Positions 1-9,100 of a stretch of DNA of 64,000 nt are shown piece after piece. This DNA is from an uncultured Nitrospiraceae bacterium (GTDB lineage Bacteria; Nitrospirota; Nitrospiria; Nitrospirales; Nitrospiraceae). A program made the position numbers and the translations under genes. The notes below the pieces were generated by a model that made no database searches, was not told the origin of the DNA, and saw only the letters and a program-made list of their open reading frames with translations. Location: positions 96,001 through 160,000 of the forward strand of contig CAVPLT010000007.1 of the NCBI GenBank assembly GCA_963706325.1. The letters run 5' to 3'. Every line of letters starts with the position of its first letter. Within the stretch, counting starts at the first letter, position 1.

Positions 1-181
1 TCTACCGCACGGGTTTGGGTTGCGCGGCTCAAGCAAAGACCTGTGCATGACATGCCGCATCGGGCAGCAGCATGCGCCCGCCGATCGGAGAGGTCAAGCG
101 AGCAGACCTCTCCGCTTGCCTCGTCCCATCGAGAAGGGTAAGATCGGCCATACCGCCCGAACCCCACATAGAGGAGGTGTG

Positions 182-952
182 ATGTCTACGACACGCGCGA
201 CTCCCAAACGAGCCCGGATTTCCCTCGACCGCAGTATAGAACGTCTGCGCAAGCAACTCTCCGACTTGGCCACCTACTTAGGTAGAGGCCGTCCCAAGCG
301 TGACCTGGAAGAGTTCGATCAGGAGACCGAAGACCTGCTTGCGGACGTGCTTGGAGACACGTCCGAACTGTTGGACGCCTATGAGTATGCCGAATTCGGC
401 GAAGCGGCCGGCTTGGTGAACATGACGGACGAAGCGCCGGAGAACGCCGGTGTCGAGAGTCAGCGGCAACGGCTGCTGCAACGCAGCCGCGTGTTGGAGA
501 GCTGTATTGCAGAATTGGAAGCTCGACGAGCCGCTGAGCCGAAACCAACTCAGGCCAGCCGGCAGGCGCTGATCGGTCCTCAGGTCGCCGAACACATGTC
601 TGCCGATATCCGCAGCCTGTCGCAGGAGGCCAGTCTGCGTGAGGCAGGCCGGCTGATGGAGCAGCACAAGCTGGGGTCGCTGCTTCTGACGGACAATCAC
701 GCTTATGTGGGATTCATCACCGATGCCATCCTTGCGCGCGCCGTCGTTGCCAATGGGTTGAATGCCGATACCGCCGTCAAGGTCTGTATGCGCAAGCCGG
801 TGGTGGCGATCGCCGGCGATCGGCCCATCATCGAGGCGGTGCGCATGATGAAGGACGAAGCGACCCGGCACCTGGCCGTGACGCAAGATGGCTCGATCAT
901 CGGGGTGATTTCGGTGTCCAATATTTTGCGGTACTACTCCGGAGTGGTCTAG
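182..952 (+). CDS. CBS-pair protein with N-terminal helical domain of unknown function
   Basis: GAGGAGG RBS before ATG 182; C-terminal tandem CBS motifs (GSLLLTD..YVGFITDA; RHLAVTQDGSIIGVISVSNIL); N-terminal part resembles ORF 6277-6669. Confidence 0.85.
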   Translation: MSTTRATPKRARISLDRSIERLRKQLSDLATYLGRGRPKRDLEEFDQETEDLLADVLGDTSELLDAYEYAEFGEAAGLVNMTDEAPENAGVESQRQRLLQRSRVLESCIAELEARRAAEPKPTQASRQALIGPQVAEHMSADIRSLSQEASLREAGRLMEQHKLGSLLLTDNHAYVGFITDAILARAVVANGLNADTAVKVCMRKPVVAIAGDRPIIEAVRMMKDEATRHLAVTQDGSIIGVISVSNILRYYSGVV

Positions 953-987
953 CCGAATAGTGCGAATGTCACCATGAGATGCTCAAA

Positions 988-1108
988 GGGATGCTCAAAG
1001 AGGCCGTTCAGCAAGGCCGCATTGACCGAGGGACTGAAGCGTACCCGTTGGGGACGTTGATGGTCCGAGCGCTGCTAGAACGACGCTGGCGGGCTTTTTC
1101 AGCATTCC
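988..1108. mobile_element. MITE-like repeat, short copy A
   Basis: Ends GGATGCTCAAAGAGGCCGTTCAGC / GCTGGCGGGCTTTTTCAGCATTCC are imperfect inverted repeats matching the copies at 16422 and 40866. Confidence 0.75.
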
Positions 1109-1127
1109 ATACAAGAGGAGGTTGCCC

Positions 1128-1487
1128 ATGGGTCCGACAAAAGCCATCGTTAAGGGACTGGCACTCTATGACGCCGTCAGCGATAAACTGATACAGGATG
1201 GATTTGCGAACCGTCAGGCGCTGGATGAACACGTGAAGCATCACTATATCGCCGTGCCCGTGCTCGACAACGCCGGCATAGCATGGCAGCTTGATGGGAG
1301 GCCGGTCTATTGTCTGCATGGCGTGCGATATGAGACGGTCGACAATCAGAAGGTCCATCTCGCCCGTTGCCCGGATTGCGGCGGCATGGGTATTCGCGCG
1401 GACGAACTCACGGTCGAATCGGATTGCATTCGATGCACCGCCTGCGGTCACGAATTCGATGCGCGGTTAGAGATGATGGAGACGTAG
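1128..1487 (+). CDS. Small zinc-ribbon protein
   Basis: AGAGGAGG RBS; CPDC...CTAC motifs. Confidence 0.8.
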   Translation: MGPTKAIVKGLALYDAVSDKLIQDGFANRQALDEHVKHHYIAVPVLDNAGIAWQLDGRPVYCLHGVRYETVDNQKVHLARCPDCGGMGIRADELTVESDCIRCTACGHEFDARLEMMET

Positions 1488-1827
1488 AAGAAGGGGCCTG
1501 CTAGGTCAAGTAGACACGGCGGTCTCACCATCTCGTCGGCGCGTGCAAACATGCCCTGTGTATTCATCGTGGTCGCGATCGGTCCAACGCGCTCAAGGTT
1601 CTGGAAGACCTAGGCCGAGCAAGAACCAAACGTCTTTGAAACAGCCTGCCACTGGGCATTCTTGTTGCTCGCCTCCTACGTGAGGAAACCAAGAAGAAGT
1701 ACACAAGCCAGGCTTGTAACGAGGTATACTCCGTTTCCGGACGGAGAGGGCTGATCGTGCGCTTCCTTCAAGCAGAGATATAGTCCGTCAGGCGGTGAAA
1801 TCGAAGAATTGGATGAGGGAGGCAGGC

Positions 1828-2373
1828 ATGGCAGGGACAGCAGTTCGTCGACGGAAAGCTCCGGTGAAGCAGAAAAAAACGACGTCCGCGCGTCGAAGGA
1901 CCAAGGCCGGATCCACCGGGCCATCCGGCGCGGTCATCGTACTGTCCGGGGCCACCGCGCTGCGCCGACAAAAGGCCGCCGAAGTGCTGGCTGCGGAGAT
2001 GCAATTGGACCTGGCCAGCGTGGATCTGTCCGCGGTCGTCAGCAAACACATCGGTGAAACCGAGAAAAATTTGACCCGCGTCTTCGACATGGCCAACCGG
2101 CATGGATCGATCCTTTTCTTTGATGAAGCGGATGCGTTATTTGGGAAACGCACCCATGTCCACGATGCCCATGGCCGTTACGCGAATGCTGAGGCGCCCT
2201 ATCTTCTGCAATGCATTGAGGATCACCAGGGACTCGTCATCCTGACGACCAATGGGAAGAGCCGCATCGAAGATGCCTTCTCGCCAGAAAAGCCGGTGAT
2301 CGTGCTGGGAGGGACAGGGAAGAAAAAGTCCAAAGTAAAAAAAAGGTCGTCGAGAAGACTTGAGAGGCGATGA
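1828..2373 (+). CDS. AAA+ domain protein with degenerate Walker A and K/R-rich tails (copy 1)
   Basis: GGGAGG RBS; DLSAVVSKHIGETEKNL, FFDEADALFGKR, ILTTN motifs; no GKT. Confidence 0.85.
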   Translation: MAGTAVRRRKAPVKQKKTTSARRRTKAGSTGPSGAVIVLSGATALRRQKAAEVLAAEMQLDLASVDLSAVVSKHIGETEKNLTRVFDMANRHGSILFFDEADALFGKRTHVHDAHGRYANAEAPYLLQCIEDHQGLVILTTNGKSRIEDAFSPEKPVIVLGGTGKKKSKVKKRSSRRLERR

Positions 2374-2496
2374 AGCGGTTGCTGCAGGGTCTCTCGTTGC
2401 GATGCAAACCGTCGCCGTCAGATACTATCCGAAAGAATCTGTCACATTTAGGGGACGTGAAACGAAAAGGTCAGGCCAATGGGGCTTCCAGGTTTC

Positions 2497-2745
2497 CTAT
2501 GAACCTGTGGAGATGAGCGATATTTTCGAGGATCGGTCCAGTGATTTGATCGCAGCTTCCCGTTGTAATGCGGCACTCTTGTTGTCGTGATGTTCGGCGT
2601 ACCGTATCGTGAAAGGCCCACGGTGTTTGGTGTATTTCGCCCCTTTGCCGGTCGTATGAGCTTTCATCCGACGCTCTAAATCATTCGTGATCCCCGTGTA
2701 GAGACTGCCGTCAGTGCATTCCAGGATATAAACGATCCAAGTCAT
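2497..2745 (-). CDS. GIY-YIG nuclease superfamily protein (UPF0213)
   Basis: VYILECTDGSLYTGITNDLERR...GAKYT...REAAIK. Confidence 0.92.
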   Translation of the reverse strand: MTWIVYILECTDGSLYTGITNDLERRMKAHTTGKGAKYTKHRGPFTIRYAEHHDNKSAALQREAAIKSLDRSSKISLISTGS

Positions 2746-2964
2746 ATGGTGCGAGGCCGATGTTTCCTGGTGCGCTCTTGCGCGCTCACATTACTTTGTG
2801 TCGACGGGCTGGGGCGATGATAGCGTAAGCATGGCAGGGGAACAATGGTCTACGATGAGGATGGTAAGGGGGGCCTCTGGCATAAGCCATTCTGCTGCAG
2901 TCAGAAGTAAATGTCGCGCGCGCCCCTTTGATGTTCTCCCGCGGGGTCTGCTCACGCTCCGTTG

Positions 2965-2994
2965 TTGACAGGCCTGACCGAACCCACGTAGCGT
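2965..2994 (+). promoter_or_regulatory. Sigma70-like promoter of the 3004 gene
   Basis: TTGACA-N18-TAGCGT, 9 nt before the ATG. Confidence 0.5.
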
Positions 2995-3003
2995 ATTTCT
3001 TTC

Positions 3004-3357
3004 ATGTCTTGTAACGCATTGGTTGATCAGGAACTCCGCGCGGCAGAAGTGGCCTGGAAAGCCGGCAATGAGGGCAAGGCGAGGGTGTGCGCTCGGCGCG
3101 CGGTCGCCAGAGCCGCCGAATCGTGGCTGGTGCGCCTAGCCAAGCCACCTGGGCGGGGGGATGTCATGGACCAGCTTCGGCGGATTCTGCAGAACACAAC
3201 CTTCCCTCTTTCCGTTCGGCAGGCGGCAGAACGACTGAGTACGGCCGTGACCAAACGGCAGGCCGAGCCGTTTACGGTCGATCCCATCAGTGACGCGAAT
3301 ATCGTCATTGCGCATCTGGCGAACGAGACGAGGCCCAAAGGCTTTCGTGAGGATTGA
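3004..3357 (+). CDS. Hypothetical protein
   Basis: Helical ORF with AGNEGKARVCARRA motif behind a promoter-like element. Confidence 0.75.
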   Translation: MSCNALVDQELRAAEVAWKAGNEGKARVCARRAVARAAESWLVRLAKPPGRGDVMDQLRRILQNTTFPLSVRQAAERLSTAVTKRQAEPFTVDPISDANIVIAHLANETRPKGFRED

Positions 3358-3421
3358 CGTGGAGGGAATACTGTCATCAGAGTCCTTGCGATCGCCGGCA
3401 GAGCTTCAGAATCGGAGCATT

Positions 3422-3910
3422 GTGGTCATTCTGGTCATGGGCGTAGCCGGAGCGGGGAAAACGACGATCGGTCGTTGCTTGGCGGACGAATTAGGTTGGC
3501 AGTTCTCAGATGGGGATGACTTTCATCCGGCGGCAAATATCGAAAAGATGCGACAAGGGCAGGCGCTCACCGATGCCGATCGCCAGCCGTGGCTCGAGCG
3601 GATGCATTCCGCCATTGTCGATCGGATCACCAGAAATCAACCGGCGGTCCTGGCTTGCTCGATCTTAAAGGCGCGGTACCGAGAGATCATCGAGGCCGGT
3701 TGTAACCATCACATACGATTGGTCTATCTCAAGGGCACCATGAATGTCTTTCGTGAGCGCCTCGCTCATCGCGTCGAACACTTTATGCCACAGGAACTCT
3801 TGGCCAGCCAATTCGCTATCCTAGAGGAACCGGCCGATGCGCTCGTCGTCAATGCGGCGCTTCCGCCGCATGAAATCGTCCGGCAAATTCGCGACCAACT
3901 CGGGTTGTGA
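3422..3910 (+). CDS. gntK: Gluconokinase (GntK/IdnK type)
   Basis: MGVAGAGKTT P-loop, DGDDFHPAANIEKM, LTDADRQPWL, HFMP..LLASQF; GTG start inferred. Confidence 0.92.
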   Translation: MVILVMGVAGAGKTTIGRCLADELGWQFSDGDDFHPAANIEKMRQGQALTDADRQPWLERMHSAIVDRITRNQPAVLACSILKARYREIIEAGCNHHIRLVYLKGTMNVFRERLAHRVEHFMPQELLASQFAILEEPADALVVNAALPPHEIVRQIRDQLGL

Positions 3911-4027
3911 GTCCACGTCAAACACCCGAGACATTCAGAGAGGGTGCCCCTTTCCCTCTTCCCTCTAAAAGCTCGACCGAGGCAGCCGTTTCCAAGGCAC
4001 ACCGGCCACGTCCTCTTACGGTCATGG

Positions 4028-4387
4028 TCACTCCTTCACATAGTGTACGCGCACGGAATCGATCAGGCCGTCGTCATCGACGGTCATCATCTCCGCCGCC
4101 AGCAGCCCGTTGACACTGCGATAATACAGCAGCATGCTATCGATGCCGAGGAGGATACGTATCAGCTCGAATCGCAGATGGGGGTAGGCTTGGAGTCCGT
4201 TCTGGAAATACTCTTTCAATGCCTCGCGTCCATGGATCGTTCCGGACGATTCTCCGGCGAGAGCCTGTACGAACGGGCTGGTAAACTTCACATTCGTCGC
4301 ATAATGTTGCACGATCGCGTCGAGGTCATGCCGGTTCCAAGCTGTGATCCAAGCCTGGGCCAGACCGATCGCTTGTTCTTCGTTCAT
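4028..4387 (-). CDS. SnoaL-like / NTF2-fold protein
   Basis: WITAWNRHDLDAIVQHY..F.SP pattern. Confidence 0.88.
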   Translation of the reverse strand: MNEEQAIGLAQAWITAWNRHDLDAIVQHYATNVKFTSPFVQALAGESSGTIHGREALKEYFQNGLQAYPHLRFELIRILLGIDSMLLYYRSVNGLLAAEMMTVDDDGLIDSVRVHYVKE

Positions 4388-4535
4388 CTCCCGGGCCTTT
4401 CGACAGCAGACTATTGGATGTTGTTGAGAGTACGGCAGACGATGGATGGCGAGCAAGGCCTTCTACGCATGAATTGCAGATCGTGACGTATCTTTTGGCC
4501 CGGCTACCATTGCGGAATATGCTCCCATCTCTCTA

Positions 4536-5021
4536 ATGATCAAGCCTTCTTCTCACAGCGGTATTCCCGTCATCGCCCTGGTCACATTATGGAAGGCGTT
4601 CGTCCTATTGTTCGTGGGGGCAGGGCTGCTTCGGCTGCTGGATGCCGAGATCGCAACGTTTTTAGATCCTGTCATGGATATTTTTCATCTCCAGGTTCAT
4701 ACACGGCTCATCCATTCATTCCTCTTGAAGCTCACGGCATTGTCGCCTCATCACGTGGTTCTGATGGCGGAGGTGAGCCTGCTGTATGCGGCATGGTTAT
4801 GTGTCGAAGGATTCGGTCTGTGGGTCGAGGCTCCCTGGGCGGCATACATGACCGTGATTTCCACCAGCCTTTTTCTGCCCGTTGAATTTCACGACGTGAT
4901 TCGGCATCTCACGGCGCTGCGTGTGGCGGTATTTTCCCTCAACGTAGCGATCGTGGTCTACCTCGTTGCTCTGTTGGGTGGCGAGCGATCCAGTACCCGT
5001 GAAAACTTCTTCCCAGGCTGA
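4536..5021 (+). CDS. DUF2127-like membrane protein
   Basis: About 4 TM segments; EGFGLW...WA.Y..VI.T..FLP.E motif. Confidence 0.82.
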   Translation: MIKPSSHSGIPVIALVTLWKAFVLLFVGAGLLRLLDAEIATFLDPVMDIFHLQVHTRLIHSFLLKLTALSPHHVVLMAEVSLLYAAWLCVEGFGLWVEAPWAAYMTVISTSLFLPVEFHDVIRHLTALRVAVFSLNVAIVVYLVALLGGERSSTRENFFPG

Positions 5022-5104
5022 TCCCTAGTTGCGTCCGCGTGGTTCGAGCGGCAGAGTGTCGTCATACTCTTTGGGGGTGTCCACCTTGAGGAAGGAGCGG
5101 AGCG

Positions 5105-6175
5105 ATGGATGGGACAAGACAACCGGGACGTATCTGGTCCAGGACACTCGATCGTCGGCAACTGTTGAAAACTCTTGGCGTGGTCGGCTCGGTACTGGCT
5201 CTGGACGGCCCCGCCAGGGTGGCTCGAGCCTGGGCCGGCGGGCAGATGCAGCCGGCGCCCGCAGGTAGCCAACCGGGCGCCCTACCTCGGCGCATGCTCG
5301 GAAGAACCGGAGTGGAAGTCTCCGCACTGTGCTTTGGGGGTGCTCATCTCGGTCGGATCGACGGGGAGGCTGAGGCCATTCGCGTGTTACACGAAGCCAT
5401 CGATGCGGGCATGACCTTTCTCGACAATGCCTGGGAATACAACCATGGCGTCTCCGAGGAACGGATGGGGAAAGCGCTGCAGGGCCGACGACAGCAGGTG
5501 TTCTTGATGACAAAGGTATGTTCACACGGACGAAGCAAGCAGGTTGCGATGCAACAACTTGAAGAGTCGCTCCAACGATTGCGAACCGATCACATTGATC
5601 TTTGGCAGATTCACGAAGTGATTTACGCCAATGACCCCGATCGACATTTCGCCCCCGGCGGTGTGATCGAGGCTATGCTGGACGCGAAGCGGCAAGGCAA
5701 AGTCCGATTTCTCGGGTTCACGGGCCACAAAGACCCTGCGATCCATCTCAAGATGTTGCAGCATGACTTTCCTTTCGACACCTGTCAGTTGCCGTTGAAC
5801 GTATTTGATGGGACCTACCGGAGTTTCGAGCAGGCGGTATTGCCGGTATTGAATGAGCGAGGTATCGCGCCGCTGGCGATGAAATCGTTGAGCGGAAACG
5901 GGGATGCCATCAAACGCGGCGTCGTCACTCTCGATGAAGCTCTGCGGTATGTCTTGAGCCTTCCGGTGGCGACCGTGGTCAGCGGAATCGATTCGCGTGA
6001 AGTCCTCCGGCAGAATCTGGCGATTGCGCGTGCCTTCACCCCGATGACTGTCGCCGAAATGGAAACGTTACGGGCCCGCATGGCGCCGTACGCGAGGGAG
6101 GGCCAATTTGAACTGTTCAAATCTTCCAATCGATTCGACGGACAGCTTGGGCGGGAACAACAGGCGCGTTCTTGA
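5105..6175 (+). CDS. Aldo/keto reductase with Tat-like signal
   Basis: DRRQLLK plus hydrophobic stretch; LGRTGVEVS, FLDNAWEY, LMTK, LRTDHIDLWQIH. Confidence 0.92.
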   Translation: MDGTRQPGRIWSRTLDRRQLLKTLGVVGSVLALDGPARVARAWAGGQMQPAPAGSQPGALPRRMLGRTGVEVSALCFGGAHLGRIDGEAEAIRVLHEAIDAGMTFLDNAWEYNHGVSEERMGKALQGRRQQVFLMTKVCSHGRSKQVAMQQLEESLQRLRTDHIDLWQIHEVIYANDPDRHFAPGGVIEAMLDAKRQGKVRFLGFTGHKDPAIHLKMLQHDFPFDTCQLPLNVFDGTYRSFEQAVLPVLNERGIAPLAMKSLSGNGDAIKRGVVTLDEALRYVLSLPVATVVSGIDSREVLRQNLAIARAFTPMTVAEMETLRARMAPYAREGQFELFKSSNRFDGQLGREQQARS

Positions 6176-6276
6176 ATGTCATCGCACGCTCATCAGTCAC
6201 CCCGGCCAGGGGAATCCCTAGCTGCCCAACTTGGAAGAGAGGGATATACAGAGATTAACAGTGGAGGAGATACGCC

Positions 6277-6669
6277 ATGACTGAAGTCAATTCAATGTAT
6301 CACGCCCGGATGCGGAGCGATGACCTCAAAGCTCAGATCGACAGGCTCGAAGGCCTAGCACACCATACCGTGGTGAATCCGACATTCGATGAGTTTGACA
6401 CGGAAACGGAAGAGATCCTGATCAAAATTTACGGCGCAGACCACAAGTACATCGAATCCTATAAATACGCCACCCTGGGCGAAGCCGAAGCGATGGTGAA
6501 TTTGCCGGAATCCGCGCAGGAACCCCTGACGCGGGACATTCCGAAAAAAGGGCTACAGCAGCGCCGGCAGGTATTGCAGGGCATTTTGGGCGATCTGCAG
6601 GGCCTTGAAACACAAGAGGCTGAGCTGCTCACCGGAGAAGATCGCGAAGATCCTCCTGGACCAAGCTGA
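6277..6669 (+). CDS. Hypothetical acidic helical protein, homologous to the N-terminal domain of 182-952
   Basis: GGAGGAG RBS; shared EFD.ETE..L...Y.YA..GEA...VN motif. Confidence 0.8.
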   Translation: MTEVNSMYHARMRSDDLKAQIDRLEGLAHHTVVNPTFDEFDTETEEILIKIYGADHKYIESYKYATLGEAEAMVNLPESAQEPLTRDIPKKGLQQRRQVLQGILGDLQGLETQEAELLTGEDREDPPGPS

Positions 6670-6859
6670 ATTGATTGCGCCGAATAACCGGGCATGGAGG
6701 TGGTGACCGCCGGGTTGTCGTGTTCAACGCGGTCACTGCCTTCGCGAGCCTGCGTTTTACAAAACTTCATCTCATCTATTCCCCCCCGGCGATCCCACAC
6801 TAGCTAACGCATACTACTAGGGGTCTGCGTTATCTTTCCTGACAGAAAATAGGCGCCTC

Positions 6860-8092
6860 CTACGGGGTCAGTAGACTCTTGAGCGGTATGGTCGGATCCT
6901 GCAATGAGGTCTCTCGGCCTGTGAGATCAGTTTTATTCCTGATGAACTTTTGCAGAGGCGGAAGGTCTTTGTTGTTTGCGTTGATAGCAAAGTAAGCCAT
7001 GAGCCGGTGTTGCTTGAGGTAGAGGATGATGCATGACAGGTCATCCAACTTTCCACGGAGCAGCATCTCGTCATGCTCCTTTTCGTCGCCGGCGAATTCG
7101 AGATGCAGGTCGAAGATGTCGGACCAGACATAGGTCAGGAGATCATAGGGGCGGCGCGCGCCGGTCATATTCTGGGCCGCGAGCTGGCCGCTGTATTCGG
7201 CGTGGCCCCAATGTTCAACTCGACGGCGCTTGCCGAACAGGGGATCGACATAGTTCGCGACATCCCCGGCCGCATAAATGCCCGACTGGGAGGATTCTAG
7301 ATACTCATCGACCACGATGCCATTGTCCACAGTAAGTCCCGCCTGTCGCGCCAATTCTACGTTGGGCGCGATCCCGATGCCGATGCAGACGAAGTGACAG
7401 GGCAAGACGGCGCCTGACTTGAGGCGGACCGAAAACCTCTCGTTTTGCCGCTGGATCTCCGTCACGGACTCGGCGGTGCGAAAGGCGATACCTTTGGCGG
7501 CGCAATGTTCCTGGATCGCGCGGGCGAGTGATTCGTCGGCAAAGCGTGGCCAAATGTGCGGGCCTGTTTCGACGACCGTCACCTGCACCCCGCGTTGAGC
7601 CAGCGACGCCGCAACTTCCAATCCAATGAATCCGGCGCCGATGAGTACCGCGAACGAACCCGGCGTCGCTGCGGCGGCAAGTGCCACGGAATCGTTCAGC
7701 GTTCGAAGGTAGTGAACCCCGGGAAGGTCGGCGCCCGGTATCTTGAGCTGCACCGGTCGGCCGCCCGTAGCGACCAACGCTTTGTCGAAGCGCAGTTGGT
7801 CGCCATTGTCGAGCGTCGCCGTTTTGGCGGCAGGATCGAGCGTCGTGACCGCTGTGCCTAGTTTTAGCTCGATCTTCTGCTCGTCGTAAAAGGAGGGCTC
7901 ATCGAAAAAGACTTTTTCCTTCGGCATCTCGCCGCGCAGGAAATCCTTTGAAAGCGGGGGATGATCATAGGGAGGATGCGGATCGTCCGTCGCCAGGGTG
8001 ATGGTTGCCTGCGGATCGAGTTGCCGCAGCCGTTTAGCCGCTTGGCTGGAGGCCAGGCCTCCGCCGATAAGCAGATATTTCATAGGATCCAT
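6860..8092 (-). CDS. FAD/NAD(P)H-dependent oxidoreductase (ferredoxin reductase type)
   Basis: IGGGLAS, PYDHPPLSK, ATGG, GAGFIGLE, AAGD, RVEHW, WSD motifs. Confidence 0.92.
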   Translation of the reverse strand: MDPMKYLLIGGGLASSQAAKRLRQLDPQATITLATDDPHPPYDHPPLSKDFLRGEMPKEKVFFDEPSFYDEQKIELKLGTAVTTLDPAAKTATLDNGDQLRFDKALVATGGRPVQLKIPGADLPGVHYLRTLNDSVALAAAATPGSFAVLIGAGFIGLEVAASLAQRGVQVTVVETGPHIWPRFADESLARAIQEHCAAKGIAFRTAESVTEIQRQNERFSVRLKSGAVLPCHFVCIGIGIAPNVELARQAGLTVDNGIVVDEYLESSQSGIYAAGDVANYVDPLFGKRRRVEHWGHAEYSGQLAAQNMTGARRPYDLLTYVWSDIFDLHLEFAGDEKEHDEMLLRGKLDDLSCIILYLKQHRLMAYFAINANNKDLPPLQKFIRNKTDLTGRETSLQDPTIPLKSLLTP

Positions 8093-8348
8093 AACAACAT
8101 CACCTCTTGACTAGGGCAAAGTCGCAGCATACTCCCTTGAGCGATGAAATTCCGCTGAGTGGTCCTTGGGCAGGCGCTTCGTGAGATCCTGCTGTTTTCC
8201 TTCTGTCGCAATGTGTTATACACTACCTGTTTCTCCAGCCCGTAATTCTTGTTTCACGTTCGGTTTTTCGTACCATTTCAAACTTTGCCGGATTGCACGA
8301 TCGCCCGACGATCAGCTCCGACTAGCTCAATAGGGAGAATGTCATAGG

Positions 8349-9032
8349 ATGAGTAAGAAGGAAATCGACGCGGCGCAGCGATTGATGAGCCTCATGTTCA
8401 AGGCGCATCCTTGGCACGGGGTGTCCATGGGCGACCATGCGCCTGACGTCGTGACAGCGTACATTGAAATTGTGCCCACCGACACGGTGAAGTATGAAGT
8501 CGACAAGGCCAGCGGATTTCTCAAGGTGGACCGTCCGCAACGATTCTCGAATTTCTGCCCGGTGTATTACGGCCTTATTCCGCAAACCTACTGCGGTGAG
8601 GGTGTCGCCAGGCTCTTTGCAACACGCGCCAACCGGCCGGACATGATCGGCGACGGCGATCCATTGGACATCTGCGTGCTGACTGAGAAAACCATTCCCC
8701 ATAGCGATATTTTGTTGACGGCCCTGCCGATCGGCGGGCTGAGCATGGCGGATAACGGCGAGGCGGACGACAAGATCATCGCAGTCATGCGAGACGATGC
8801 CGTGTATGGCAGGTATACCGATCTCAAGGACTGCCCGATGACGCTCCTCGATCGGCTACAGCATTATTTTCTGACCTATAAACATGCGCCCGGATCGACG
8901 CAGCACAAGGTCGAAATCACGAGCATGTATGGGCGAGAAGAGGCGCTGAACGTCATTCGCACGAGTCACGAAGATTACAAGAAAAAATTTCCCGAGCTGG
9001 AATCCATGTGGCCAGCCGCCATGAAATCCTAA
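8349..9032 (+). CDS. ppa: Inorganic pyrophosphatase, family I
   Basis: HPWHG, KYEVDK, YGLIPQT, DGDPLD, DDKIIAV. Confidence 0.95.
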   Translation: MSKKEIDAAQRLMSLMFKAHPWHGVSMGDHAPDVVTAYIEIVPTDTVKYEVDKASGFLKVDRPQRFSNFCPVYYGLIPQTYCGEGVARLFATRANRPDMIGDGDPLDICVLTEKTIPHSDILLTALPIGGLSMADNGEADDKIIAVMRDDAVYGRYTDLKDCPMTLLDRLQHYFLTYKHAPGSTQHKVEITSMYGREEALNVIRTSHEDYKKKFPELESMWPAAMKS

Positions 9033-9100
9033 CCGCATAGAGAAGATGTCGCAGATCTTGAACGGCCGCTAGCACCACCAAGAAAGGTTTATCCCACCTC

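Noticed and set aside
979..1191. Short ORFs at 979, 16388/16426, 20679 and 40810
   Set aside because: They are translations of MITE/repeat DNA
1654..1669. Sigma54-like GGGCAT-N5-TTGCT upstream of pseudo-AAA copy 1
   Set aside because: A single imperfect match that is not seen upstream of copy 2; insufficient support
1828..2373. Contractile injection system locus implied by the Afp15-like AAA similarity
   Set aside because: No sheath, tube, baseplate or spike genes in the window
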